Shown here one piece after another: positions 33,359 through 40,952 of a stretch of 40,952 bases of DNA. The DNA lies in assembly GCA_017521145.1 (NCBI GenBank), contig JAFXDR010000033.1:1-40952 (forward strand), read 5' to 3'. The position numbers and the translations under genes were made by a program. The number at the start of each line of letters is the position of its first letter. Positions within the stretch are counted from its first letter, which is position 1. The notes beneath the pieces are model-generated. The model was given only the letters and a program-made list of their open reading frames with translations, ran no database searches and was not told the DNA's origin. The DNA is from Akkermansia sp. Its GTDB lineage: Bacteria > Verrucomicrobiota > Verrucomicrobiia > Verrucomicrobiales > Akkermansiaceae.

Positions 33359-35271
33359 GGCGTTTTCCGGCTGGCTTGAGCAGTGGACTGGGCAGCGGCG
33401 GCGGTCTCCTGCTGGGCGCGCAGTTCCTTGCGCGCCTGTTCGTAGATTTCACGTGCCAGTCGGGAGGAAGCCCGGGAAAGCAGCGGACGCAGCTCGCGCG
33501 CCGTAGCCTGAGGCGAGGAGGCATCGTCAAATCCCATCCACACAAAGGTGCACACCCCGCGGTTGCGGAACACCATGGACCAGTGGCCGCAGCCCTCGGG
33601 CAGCATTTCATTCATGGTGACCGGCTCGCCATCAGTAATCTGGAATGGCGGCAAAGTGGCCACGGCACCGGCACTTTCGCGGCGGATGTATTCGGGCGAT
33701 TTCTCGGGCTCGTAGTGGTAAATGAGCTGGCGGTTGCTGTTCCACACACTGTTCACCATGCTCAGGCGGTAGCCCCTGCCCTCATTGAGCAGACAGAACA
33801 AGAGGCGCGCCAGATCCAGTCGGCGGATTTTGAACAGGCCGTTGTACAGGTAGAGTTCCTGCTCACGGGACGGAATCTCGATGGGCAGCTTGAGCGATTT
33901 GTAGAACGAGCTCACCACATCGTAGCCCATGCGCAGGCCGGTCACCTCCGTACTGCGGGCCACGATGTGCATATCATCCCCGCCGGGCAGACAGGCACAG
34001 CAGAACAGGAACGGTGCAGCCACGCGGCCGGGGCGCACCTTGTCCAGCCAGCGGTCGTGGCCATCCACCGCACTGCGACCACCCACCAGGGCCAGAATCT
34101 TGCCACGGTGGCTGCGGCGGGCATCCACCACCAGCACGCAACACTGCAGCAGGCCCTTCAAATCATTATTCTCGCCGCGTACCTTCAGGCCTTCGGGGCG
34201 GCGCAGGCGTGCAAAGGAAGTACGCGCAGCGGCGGCCTCCTCGGGACTCAGGCCGAGCAGCCAGGCCTCCGGGTACTGGCCCGGTTGTTCAATGGCCGTG
34301 AGAGCTGCTTCCACCGCCTTTTCCAGATACTGCTGCAGAGGCAGATTCAGGCTCGACACCACGGAAATGCCACCGGAATGCTCGGGGAGCTCATCGCCCA
34401 TTTCCTGAAGTTCATGGCGGGTCCACATGACCGAATAGGAACTGAGGGTATCCGCGCTTTGCACGCCACGCCTCAACACAATGGGAGCAGCGGTAGCCAG
34501 ATTGCATTCCTCCTGGTTAATCATCTCACACTCCAGCATGCGCTGCAGGGTCTCATTTTTGACCGCAATTGCCTTATCCATGCTGGTGACCGGGTTATAC
34601 CACGAAGGAGCCCGCACCAGTCCGGCCAGGGTGGCGCATTCCACCAGGTTGAGCTCTTTTACCTCCTTGCCGAAATAATGCCGCGCCGCCGCTTTGATGC
34701 CGTAGCAATTCTGTCCGTAGAAAATGCGGCTGAGGTATTGCTCCAGAATGGTGTATTTATCGAAGCGGCGCTCAATGCGCTGGGCGAGCATCATTTCCAG
34801 CAGCTTGCGGTCCATGGATTTGCCGCTCAGTTCATACACATTGCGGGTAAGCTGCATGGTGATGGTGGATGCCCCCTGCTCATAACGCATGGACTGCAGG
34901 TTACGCAGCGCCGAGCGCAGTACCGAGGTGAACACCACCCCGCCGTGTTCAAAGAAATTCTCGTCCTCCCGCGCCACAAAGGCATTCACCAGGTGCCTGG
35001 GCAGCTCGTCTCGCGACACGAAGCGTGATTCCGATTCCGAAATCGATGCAATCGGGCGGTTCGATGAATCGTAAAGCATGCTGGTGTTCACCCCGGCACA
35101 CACGCGGTTCAGGTCGAACTGTGCAGCGCGGTAGCCGTAATACCCGATCACCCCCAGAAAAATCACCAGCAGCAAGCCCAGCAACGAGCCGATGATGACC
35201 AGTTTCCTGTGTCCGATAGAGAGCAGGCGGAACCAGCTCTTGCGGCGGTTTGGCGTGGGTGAGTAATACAT
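33355..35271 (-). CDS. Class A PBP-like protein: intact GT51 transglycosylase plus a degenerate transpeptidase-like domain
   Basis: One TM segment, then EDENFFEHGG, GASTITMQL, RKLLE, ILEQYLSRIFYG and LAGL. The expected RQPGSxxKPF reads RPGRVAAPF. Confidence 0.85.
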   Translation of the reverse strand: MYYSPTPNRRKSWFRLLSIGHRKLVIIGSLLGLLLVIFLGVIGYYGYRAAQFDLNRVCAGVNTSMLYDSSNRPIASISESESRFVSRDELPRHLVNAFVAREDENFFEHGGVVFTSVLRSALRNLQSMRYEQGASTITMQLTRNVYELSGKSMDRKLLEMMLAQRIERRFDKYTILEQYLSRIFYGQNCYGIKAAARHYFGKEVKELNLVECATLAGLVRAPSWYNPVTSMDKAIAVKNETLQRMLECEMINQEECNLATAAPIVLRRGVQSADTLSSYSVMWTRHELQEMGDELPEHSGGISVVSSLNLPLQQYLEKAVEAALTAIEQPGQYPEAWLLGLSPEEAAAARTSFARLRRPEGLKVRGENNDLKGLLQCCVLVVDARRSHRGKILALVGGRSAVDGHDRWLDKVRPGRVAAPFLFCCACLPGGDDMHIVARSTEVTGLRMGYDVVSSFYKSLKLPIEIPSREQELYLYNGLFKIRRLDLARLLFCLLNEGRGYRLSMVNSVWNSNRQLIYHYEPEKSPEYIRRESAGAVATLPPFQITDGEPVTMNEMLPEGCGHWSMVFRNRGVCTFVWMGFDDASSPQATARELRPLLSRASSRLAREIYEQARKELRAQQETAAAAQSTAQASRKTP

Positions 35272-35286
35272 GATTCCAGCAGCTTA

Positions 35287-37755
35287 TCAGCCTTCCTGCT
35301 CCATGAATTGCTTCACATCCGGCGCGGGGTTCCACTGCGGGAACTCAGTGCGGAGAGCCTGCTCGTACTGGGCCGCTTCTCCTGCCTTGTCGCACTTCTT
35401 AAGCGCCACGGTGATCTTATACAAGGCAAGCGGCTTGAGCTCCTTATCACTCACCACGTTAGCGGTGCGGCCATAGTACTTGGCAGCCTCACTGTACTGG
35501 CGGTCAATATAGCAGGCATCACCCAGGGTGATGAAGAGCGTCGACTTGATCGGCCCATCAATACCCATGGCTATGGCGGTCTCACAAATCTTGCGGGCCT
35601 CCTCGCCGCGCTTCAGACCAATAAGCAGCAGAGCCTGGTCACGCATACCCTCAGCCTTGCGGTAGGGCTGGCTTTCCATGGATACGTAATGCTCGGCAGC
35701 AGAAAGGCCACGGGCATACAGCCTGAGCTCCAGTCTGGCGCGAGCCAGGGTCTTCCACACAATGGGTTCCACCTTGGGGCGTTCCTGCTCGCTGCCATCG
35801 GCTGCGGTATACTTCTCGCGCGGTTCGCGCACCAGAGCATCGGAGAGATACTTATCGGCCGAAAGATAATCGTGCGTCTGGAAACAGGTCCAGCCACACC
35901 AGCGGAGAATCGCAGGCGGCAGCGCATTGTACGAAGCCTGGTTGCTGCGTTCCAGCACCGTGAGCGCCTTTTTCAGATTCTCGGCATCCTTCATCTTGAA
36001 GAAGCACTGCACCAGTCGCAAATCCACCAGCGAGGCATACTGCTCCGGGTACATGGTGCGGGCCTCCTGGAAATGCGGCACGGCAGCAGCGGGGTCTTTC
36101 TCTGCCAGCACACCGGCAATGTTGTAGTGAGCCTCTGCCAGTGCGCCGGGCTTGACCTTCTGCCCCTTATTGGTCATTTCATCACACTGCTTGATGAAGC
36201 CCTCGTAGTAATGCACCATCTTATCCGGGTCCTTACCGGCACAAAGCTTGGCTGCACGCTGCCAGCATACGGCCACGGACTCAGAATCCGGGTAATCGCG
36301 GATGACGCGGTCATAGTCGGCCAGAGCCTCTTTCACACTACCCTTCCTGCCATGGAATGTACCACGCAGGGTGAGGGCATCGGGCATGCGGTGATCTGCC
36401 GGGTACGATTCTATGTAAGTGGTGAGCGTGGGCAAGGGGTCATATACAGCGCCCTGGGCGGCGGTCCAGGCTTTCTTATACATGGCATCCGGCCGCACGG
36501 CTTCGGGCAGGTTCTCAAAGTTGATGGTATCGAACTGACGAGCTGCGGCGGCCGTATCAGTGGTCATCAGGCGGTCAGCATACATCAGGCGCACCAGGTC
36601 AACACAAGCGAGTCCTGCCGTGGGAGTACCGGGGTTGGCATAAGTGCCGAGGTATTTTTCTGCCTCCTGGAAGAAGTTGGAACCCCGCACCTGCTGCAGA
36701 CAAATCAGACGGCGATACCCGGCATCGGCCGCCAGCGGCGTACCGGGCTGGCTGCGCTCTGCCATTTCAAACCAGATGGCGGCAGCCTCGTACTGGCGCA
36801 CCTCCATGGCCGACTGCCCCACGATGATAGAACGGCGGGCATCCTTGGCGGGGTCATCCAGCGTGCTGGACTGGGCAGATGCACGGCGCACCACCTCAGC
36901 ATACTTGCCACTCTTATAAAGGAAGAGGATGCTTTCCATCTGGGCCTCGCCGGCATACTTCTCCATACCACGGATGCTGGTCAGGCGGCTGTAGAGCTGC
37001 TGCGATTCCTCGGCCTTGCCCAGGCGGGCGGCCAGGCGCGCCGCCTGCAGGGTGGCCGTACCCAGCACGCGTTCATCCAGACCGTTCATGTTCAGAATGC
37101 TGCGGAAAAGGCTGTATGCCTCGGCATCATTGCCATCCTCAGTCTTCATCTGCGCCATGGAAAGCAGCGCAGTCTGCAAAATAACCGGATTCACCCCCTG
37201 CATCAGCTGCAGGGAACGGAACGAAGCCTCGGCCTCCTTGCGCTGGCCGGTCTGCAACTGGGCGCGCCCCAGGCGGTAAAGGGCATCATTGCGCAGCTCC
37301 GGGCGCTTGGTTTCGCGCACCGTAATCTGATAAAACCCCAGGGCTTTCTGCCACATCTGACGCTCCGTGGCCTGATTGGCCAGTTTATAAGCGGCCGCAG
37401 CGGCGTATTCCCCCTTGTGCTTGTTGGCCAGTACCCCAAGCGTATTGTTGGAAGCTGCGGCATCTCCGGCCTCTGCTTCACAGATAGCTTTCAGGTACAT
37501 AGCCTTGTCACCCAGGGGAGACTGGGGGAAACGATTCACAAAATTACCGAAGAGCTGAGCAGCACGAGCCATGGCCTGCGCGCGGGAAATCGGCTCCGTT
37601 GTGTTGCGGGCCTGGGCATACAGGTGCTCGGCAATGGCGTAGCCATCGGCTTCAGCATTGGCCACCAGCGGGCCATCGCTGCCAGCCGGTTGTTGTGCAA
37701 ATGCCGGCACAAGGGAAACACCCAGTGCCAGCATGGTGGAAAATCGAGTATTCAT
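35287..37755 (-). CDS. Exported multi-TPR protein
   Basis: Signal peptide (…PAFA|Q) and many TPR-like helix pairs (ALYRLGRAQ, YP.S motifs, AHYNIA, LGDACY...YSEAAKYY, ALYKI). Confidence 0.85.
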   Translation of the reverse strand: MNTRFSTMLALGVSLVPAFAQQPAGSDGPLVANAEADGYAIAEHLYAQARNTTEPISRAQAMARAAQLFGNFVNRFPQSPLGDKAMYLKAICEAEAGDAAASNNTLGVLANKHKGEYAAAAAYKLANQATERQMWQKALGFYQITVRETKRPELRNDALYRLGRAQLQTGQRKEAEASFRSLQLMQGVNPVILQTALLSMAQMKTEDGNDAEAYSLFRSILNMNGLDERVLGTATLQAARLAARLGKAEESQQLYSRLTSIRGMEKYAGEAQMESILFLYKSGKYAEVVRRASAQSSTLDDPAKDARRSIIVGQSAMEVRQYEAAAIWFEMAERSQPGTPLAADAGYRRLICLQQVRGSNFFQEAEKYLGTYANPGTPTAGLACVDLVRLMYADRLMTTDTAAAARQFDTINFENLPEAVRPDAMYKKAWTAAQGAVYDPLPTLTTYIESYPADHRMPDALTLRGTFHGRKGSVKEALADYDRVIRDYPDSESVAVCWQRAAKLCAGKDPDKMVHYYEGFIKQCDEMTNKGQKVKPGALAEAHYNIAGVLAEKDPAAAVPHFQEARTMYPEQYASLVDLRLVQCFFKMKDAENLKKALTVLERSNQASYNALPPAILRWCGWTCFQTHDYLSADKYLSDALVREPREKYTAADGSEQERPKVEPIVWKTLARARLELRLYARGLSAAEHYVSMESQPYRKAEGMRDQALLLIGLKRGEEARKICETAIAMGIDGPIKSTLFITLGDACYIDRQYSEAAKYYGRTANVVSDKELKPLALYKITVALKKCDKAGEAAQYEQALRTEFPQWNPAPDVKQFMEQEG

Positions 37756-37801
37756 ATTGGGGAAATCTGGTTCTGTTCGTTAACCGCAGCCCCGCTCGCT
37801 A

Positions 37802-38233
37802 TTATTTCTTAGCTTCGGGCATCTGCTTGGAGAAAGATACATTCCACACGCCTGCCTGAGAGCAGGTGGAAATCACATCGGCCATGCGCTGCCAGCTCAT
37901 CTGCGCATCTCCGCGGATTCGCACCGGCTGGTTCGGGTTCACGGCAATCATGCGCTGGAGCATGGCGTAGAGCTTATCGCGGGTGAACACCTCGCGGTCA
38001 ATGGTGATGACCAGGTCGCCATCTTCCTCGCGGGCATTGATGATGATTTCATCGATGGCGCGGGAGGTTTCCTCAGTGGATTTGGGCGCAGTGGGCACCT
38101 TTACCTTGAGGTCCTGTTCGTTCAGGATGAACTTCTGGGTCACCACGAAAAAGATGAGCAAGAGGAACACCACATCCAGCATGGGTGCAAGCTGGAATCC
38201 GATAGGCTCCGGTATCTTGGTGTTGAACTTCAT
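37802..38233 (-). CDS. ExbD/TolR-family biopolymer transport protein
   Basis: TM segment with the conserved Asp (LAPMLDVVFLLLIFFVV) and periplasmic VRIRGD. Confidence 0.9.
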   Translation of the reverse strand: MKFNTKIPEPIGFQLAPMLDVVFLLLIFFVVTQKFILNEQDLKVKVPTAPKSTEETSRAIDEIIINAREEDGDLVITIDREVFTRDKLYAMLQRMIAVNPNQPVRIRGDAQMSWQRMADVISTCSQAGVWNVSFSKQMPEAKK

Positions 38234-38266
38234 GGCGTTTTGTGTTTCAGCACGCAGGGCTGTGCT

Positions 38267-39019
38267 TTAGAAATCCTCCCCATCCAGCACTTCCTGGGCG
38301 GTACCGCGCTGGTAGGTGCTGCCCAGGCGCCGCTCGCGGTCCATCTGCACAGACACCACGGAAAGAATGTGGGTCACGGCCACTTCCATATCGGCAATGC
38401 GTTTCTGAATGCGGCTGCGGAAGAACACATAGGCAGCCATGGCAGGAATAGCCAGCACCAGACCACCGGCAGTGGTAATCATGGCTTCAGCGATACCGTG
38501 AGCCATCTGCATCTGCTTCACGCCCTCAAAGTTGCCGGCGGCCATTTCCATGAAAGTCTTCATCATACCCACCACGGTACCCAGCAGACCAATCATGGGT
38601 GCAATGGCGCCAATATCAGAAAGCCAGTTAATCTGGCGGGTCAGGATATTGGTCTGGCGGGCACCCTCGGCAGAGGCCACTTCACGCACCTCCTCAATAC
38701 CGGCACGGGGGTTACGCTGCAGGAACATCACAATCACGTGCATGGTGAGGGCAAAGCTGGAGCCGTCGCGCTCGCACATGCTCATGAGCCCGGCGTAGTC
38801 CTTGCGGCGGATGCAGGATTCAACCGACATCACCATACGGGGCGGCAGCACGGCCGAGGTGCGCGTGGTCCAGAGGCACACGAACATCACCATAAAAGCC
38901 ACGACAGAAAGGAAAAGCAAAGGCCACATGAGAGGACCGCCTTTTTCGAAAAGCTCCATAAGCCCCCAGCCCATCGACTTCAGAGGATCTGTTGCAGAAA
39001 GGAAAACATGCATATTCAC
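38267..39019 (-). CDS. ExbB/TolQ/MotA-family proton channel protein
   Basis: GGPLMWPL, IAPMIGLLGTVVGM and GIAEAMITTAGGLVLAIPA. Start is GTG 39019 (leaderless) or ATG 39013. Confidence 0.92.
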   Translation of the reverse strand: MNMHVFLSATDPLKSMGWGLMELFEKGGPLMWPLLFLSVVAFMVMFVCLWTTRTSAVLPPRMVMSVESCIRRKDYAGLMSMCERDGSSFALTMHVIVMFLQRNPRAGIEEVREVASAEGARQTNILTRQINWLSDIGAIAPMIGLLGTVVGMMKTFMEMAAGNFEGVKQMQMAHGIAEAMITTAGGLVLAIPAMAAYVFFRSRIQKRIADMEVAVTHILSVVSVQMDRERRLGSTYQRGTAQEVLDGEDF

Positions 39020-39025
39020 GCGCGC

Positions 39026-39054
39026 ATTATAGGCAAAAACTGAGCCGATTTCAA
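39026..39054 (-). promoter_or_regulatory. Sigma70 promoter of the exbB-like operon
   Basis: TTGAAA, 17 bp spacer, TATAAT, GCGCGC, then GTG at 39019. Confidence 0.7.
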
Positions 39055-39106
39055 GCGAGATACCTGTCTGTATTGTTTTTTTTGCGCAAAAGGGAGTGAA
39101 TAAATG

Positions 39107-39135
39107 TTGCAATCGCGTGGCCGGAAGCTTAGAAT
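39107..39135 (+). promoter_or_regulatory. Sigma70 promoter of alr, leaderless geometry
   Basis: TTGCAA, 17 bp spacer, TAGAAT, then 6 nt to ATG 39142. Confidence 0.65.
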
Positions 39136-39141
39136 AAAGCC

Positions 39142-40248
39142 ATGCAGGACACATCTCTCTTCCGCGCCTGGGCTGAGGTAGACACCGCCGCCATGCGCCA
39201 TAATCTGGCCGTGGTGCGCCGCGTGCTGCCCGACCATAAGCAGATGGCCATTGTCAAGGCCGAAGCCTACGGCCACGGCCTCGAAGGCGTAGTCAAGGCA
39301 CTGGATGACTGTGATCTGGAATTCTTCGGCGTGGCCACCCCGGCAGAAGCCGCGCGGGTGCAGGCCGCAGGCTGCCGCACCTGCCCGCTGATCCTGGGCC
39401 CCTGCTTCCCGGCAGAACGCGAGATGGTGGTGCAGAATGGCTGGCGGGCCGCACTCTCCAGCCTGGAGGAAGCCGCGCATTACAACTCGCTGGGGCAGTT
39501 GTATGATAAGAAGGTGCACCTGCATATCAATGTGGACACCGGCATGGGGCGTGCCGGCCTCCTGCCCCACACACTCAGCGAAATGGGGCCCCGCCTGGCA
39601 GATTTTGAGCATCTGAATATTGAGGGCGTGTACTCCCATCTTTCCGCTGCGGCAGATGACATCGCCTTTACCCACCGCCAGATCCGCAGCTATGGGGAAG
39701 CCGTGGCCGAGCTGAGCACCTACCTGAACATTCCCTACCGCCACCTGTGCAGCAGTTCTGCCGTGTTCAACTACAACGCACCCGGCACCAACATGGTGCG
39801 TCTGGGGCGCATTCTCTACGGCTACTCCCCCATGCCCTCCCCCTATAACCGGGAACTGCGCAACACTCTTACCCTCTTCAGCCGGGTCACCCTGCTGCGA
39901 ACCCTGCCCGACAACCACGGCGTTTCCTACAACCACACCTACATCACCAGCGGCCCCACCCGCGTGGCCACCATCGGCCTGGGCTTTGGCGATGGCTACC
40001 TGCATTACCTTTCCAACACCGGCGCGCGCGTTTATCTGAACGGCCAGTACTGCCCGGTGCTGGGCCGCGTGACCATGGACCAGATTATGGTGGATGTGAC
40101 CCACCTGCCCCGGGTTCAGGCGGGCGATGTAGCAGAAATCATGGGGCCGAACGTCCCCTGGGAGGAACTGACCACCCGCGCCAGAACCATTCCCAGCAAC
40201 ATCATTACCAGCATTACCGGGCGCGTTCCCCGCGTCTATAAGGACTAA
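39142..40248 (+). CDS. alr: Alanine racemase
   Basis: PLP-lysine motif [34 protein letters not shown] (catalytic Tyr), GFGDG and GRVTMDQ. Confidence 0.95.
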   Translation: MQDTSLFRAWAEVDTAAMRHNLAVVRRVLPDHKQMAIVKAEAYGHGLEGVVKALDDCDLEFFGVATPAEAARVQAAGCRTCPLILGPCFPAEREMVVQNGWRAALSSLEEAAHYNSLGQLYDKKVHLHINVDTGMGRAGLLPHTLSEMGPRLADFEHLNIEGVYSHLSAAADDIAFTHRQIRSYGEAVAELSTYLNIPYRHLCSSSAVFNYNAPGTNMVRLGRILYGYSPMPSPYNRELRNTLTLFSRVTLLRTLPDNHGVSYNHTYITSGPTRVATIGLGFGDGYLHYLSNTGARVYLNGQYCPVLGRVTMDQIMVDVTHLPRVQAGDVAEIMGPNVPWEELTTRARTIPSNIITSITGRVPRVYKD

Positions 40249-40277
40249 GCGTCCGCTGCACTCCTTTCCCCGCCATG

Positions 40278-40312
40278 AAAAAGGCACGCAAGCAGAACTT
40301 GCGTGCCTTTTC
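40278..40312. terminator. Bidirectional intrinsic terminator between alr and tpiA
   Basis: AAAAAGGCACGCAAG-CAGAA-CTTGCGTGCCTTTT between the converging genes. Confidence 0.85.
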
Positions 40313-40337
40313 TGTATGGAAGTTGTTTCCGGGGCTA

Positions 40338-40952
40338 TTACAGAGCAGCCTTGATGATGGCGGCAAAGGAATCAGCCTTCAGGGCGGCGCCGCCCACAAG
40401 GGCACCGTCGATATCGGGCTGGCTCATGAGCTCGGCAGCGTTGTCGGGCTTCACGGAACCACCGTACTGCAGACGCACAGCCTCAGCGGCAGCAGCGCCG
40501 AAAGCCTCGGCCACCACGCCACGGATGAAAGCATGAGCAGCCTGGGCATCAGCGGAGGAAGCAGTCACGCCGGTACCGATAGCCCACACGGGCTCGTAGG
40601 CAATCACCAGACCAGCCACTTCTTCAGCGGTCAGGCCCTCAAGACCTTCCACCACCTGGCTCTTGAGCACGGTCTCGAGCTCGCCACCCTGGCGCTGCTC
40701 AAGCGTCTCGCCGATGCAGTAGATGGGGCAGATGCCAGCGGCAAGAGCCTTCTTGATCTTCTTGTTGATGTAGGCGTTGGTCTCGCCGTGGTACTGGCGG
40801 CGCTCGCTGTGGCCAAGCACCACATACTTGCAACCCAGCTCGTTGAGCATGGTGGTAGAAATCTCACCGGTGAAAGCACCGTTGTCGCGGTCGCTCACGT
40901 CCTGAGCGCCCACACCGATGCAGGTGCAGCCATTGAGAGTCTCCATAACGGC
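40338..40952 (-). CDS. tpiA: Triosephosphate isomerase, 3' part (5' end lies beyond the window)
   Basis: GAQD, GAFTGE, LGHSERR, AYEPVWAIGTG, YGGSVK and LVGGAAL. Confidence 0.96.
   Translation of the reverse strand, partial: AVMETLNGCTCIGVGAQDVSDRDNGAFTGEISTTMLNELGCKYVVLGHSERRQYHGETNAYINKKIKKALAAGICPIYCIGETLEQRQGGELETVLKSQVVEGLEGLTAEEVAGLVIAYEPVWAIGTGVTASSADAQAAHAFIRGVVAEAFGAAAAEAVRLQYGGSVKPDNAAELMSQPDIDGALVGGAALKADSFAAIIKAAL

Noticed and set aside
35308-37812. 834-aa plus-strand ORF, and similar long ORFs at 33376-35028, 29307-30662, 27870-29102, 21936-23414, 39016-40287 and 17175-18335
   Set aside because: Each mirrors a real gene on the opposite strand and has the His/Gln/Gly/Arg-rich composition typical of shadow ORFs.
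156-39154. Extended N-termini in the ORF track (starts at 156, 3155, 5829, 6559, 27411, 28877, 31046, 31416, 39154)
   Set aside because: The extensions overlap promoters or neighbouring genes and lie before the family-typical N-termini, so starts were trimmed.

Overview
A GC-rich (roughly 58-60% by eye) bacterial core-chromosome segment. Gene content and style suggest Akkermansiaceae/Verrucomicrobiota, which is an inference and not a database result. It carries about 38 CDS: pyrH (5' fragment), two flavodoxin-fold proteins, an isolated holin-like/M15-peptidase pair, a lipoprotein with a tandemly duplicated domain, ispA, asd, ligA, a PfkB kinase, an outer-membrane beta-barrel, a single ORF fusing dephospho-CoA kinase (CoaE) to Rho, an MBOAT plus two SGNH proteins, comEC, an Ssu/Tau-type ABC importer with a GlcD-like oxidoreductase, an FKBP PPIase, a secreted gluzincin, argJ, hisC, ptsI/ptsH, rsmB, a SuhB-family gene, a class A PBP-like protein, a TPR protein, an ExbB/ExbD-like pair, alr and tpiA (3' part). 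No tRNA, rRNA, CRISPR array, transposase or integrase was seen. The most interesting observations are: (1) the CoaE-Rho fusion; (2) a divergently transcribed rod-shaped ncRNA candidate beside it; (3) an ExbB-ExbD-TPR-PBP operon with no TonB/TolA whose PBP lacks the transpeptidase SxxK motif; (4) a second sRNA candidate between hisC and argJ; (5) an ATATCGT-spaced hairpin array and heptamer repeat elements; (6) an orphan lysis-like cassette; (7) recurrent leaderless-mRNA promoter geometry.
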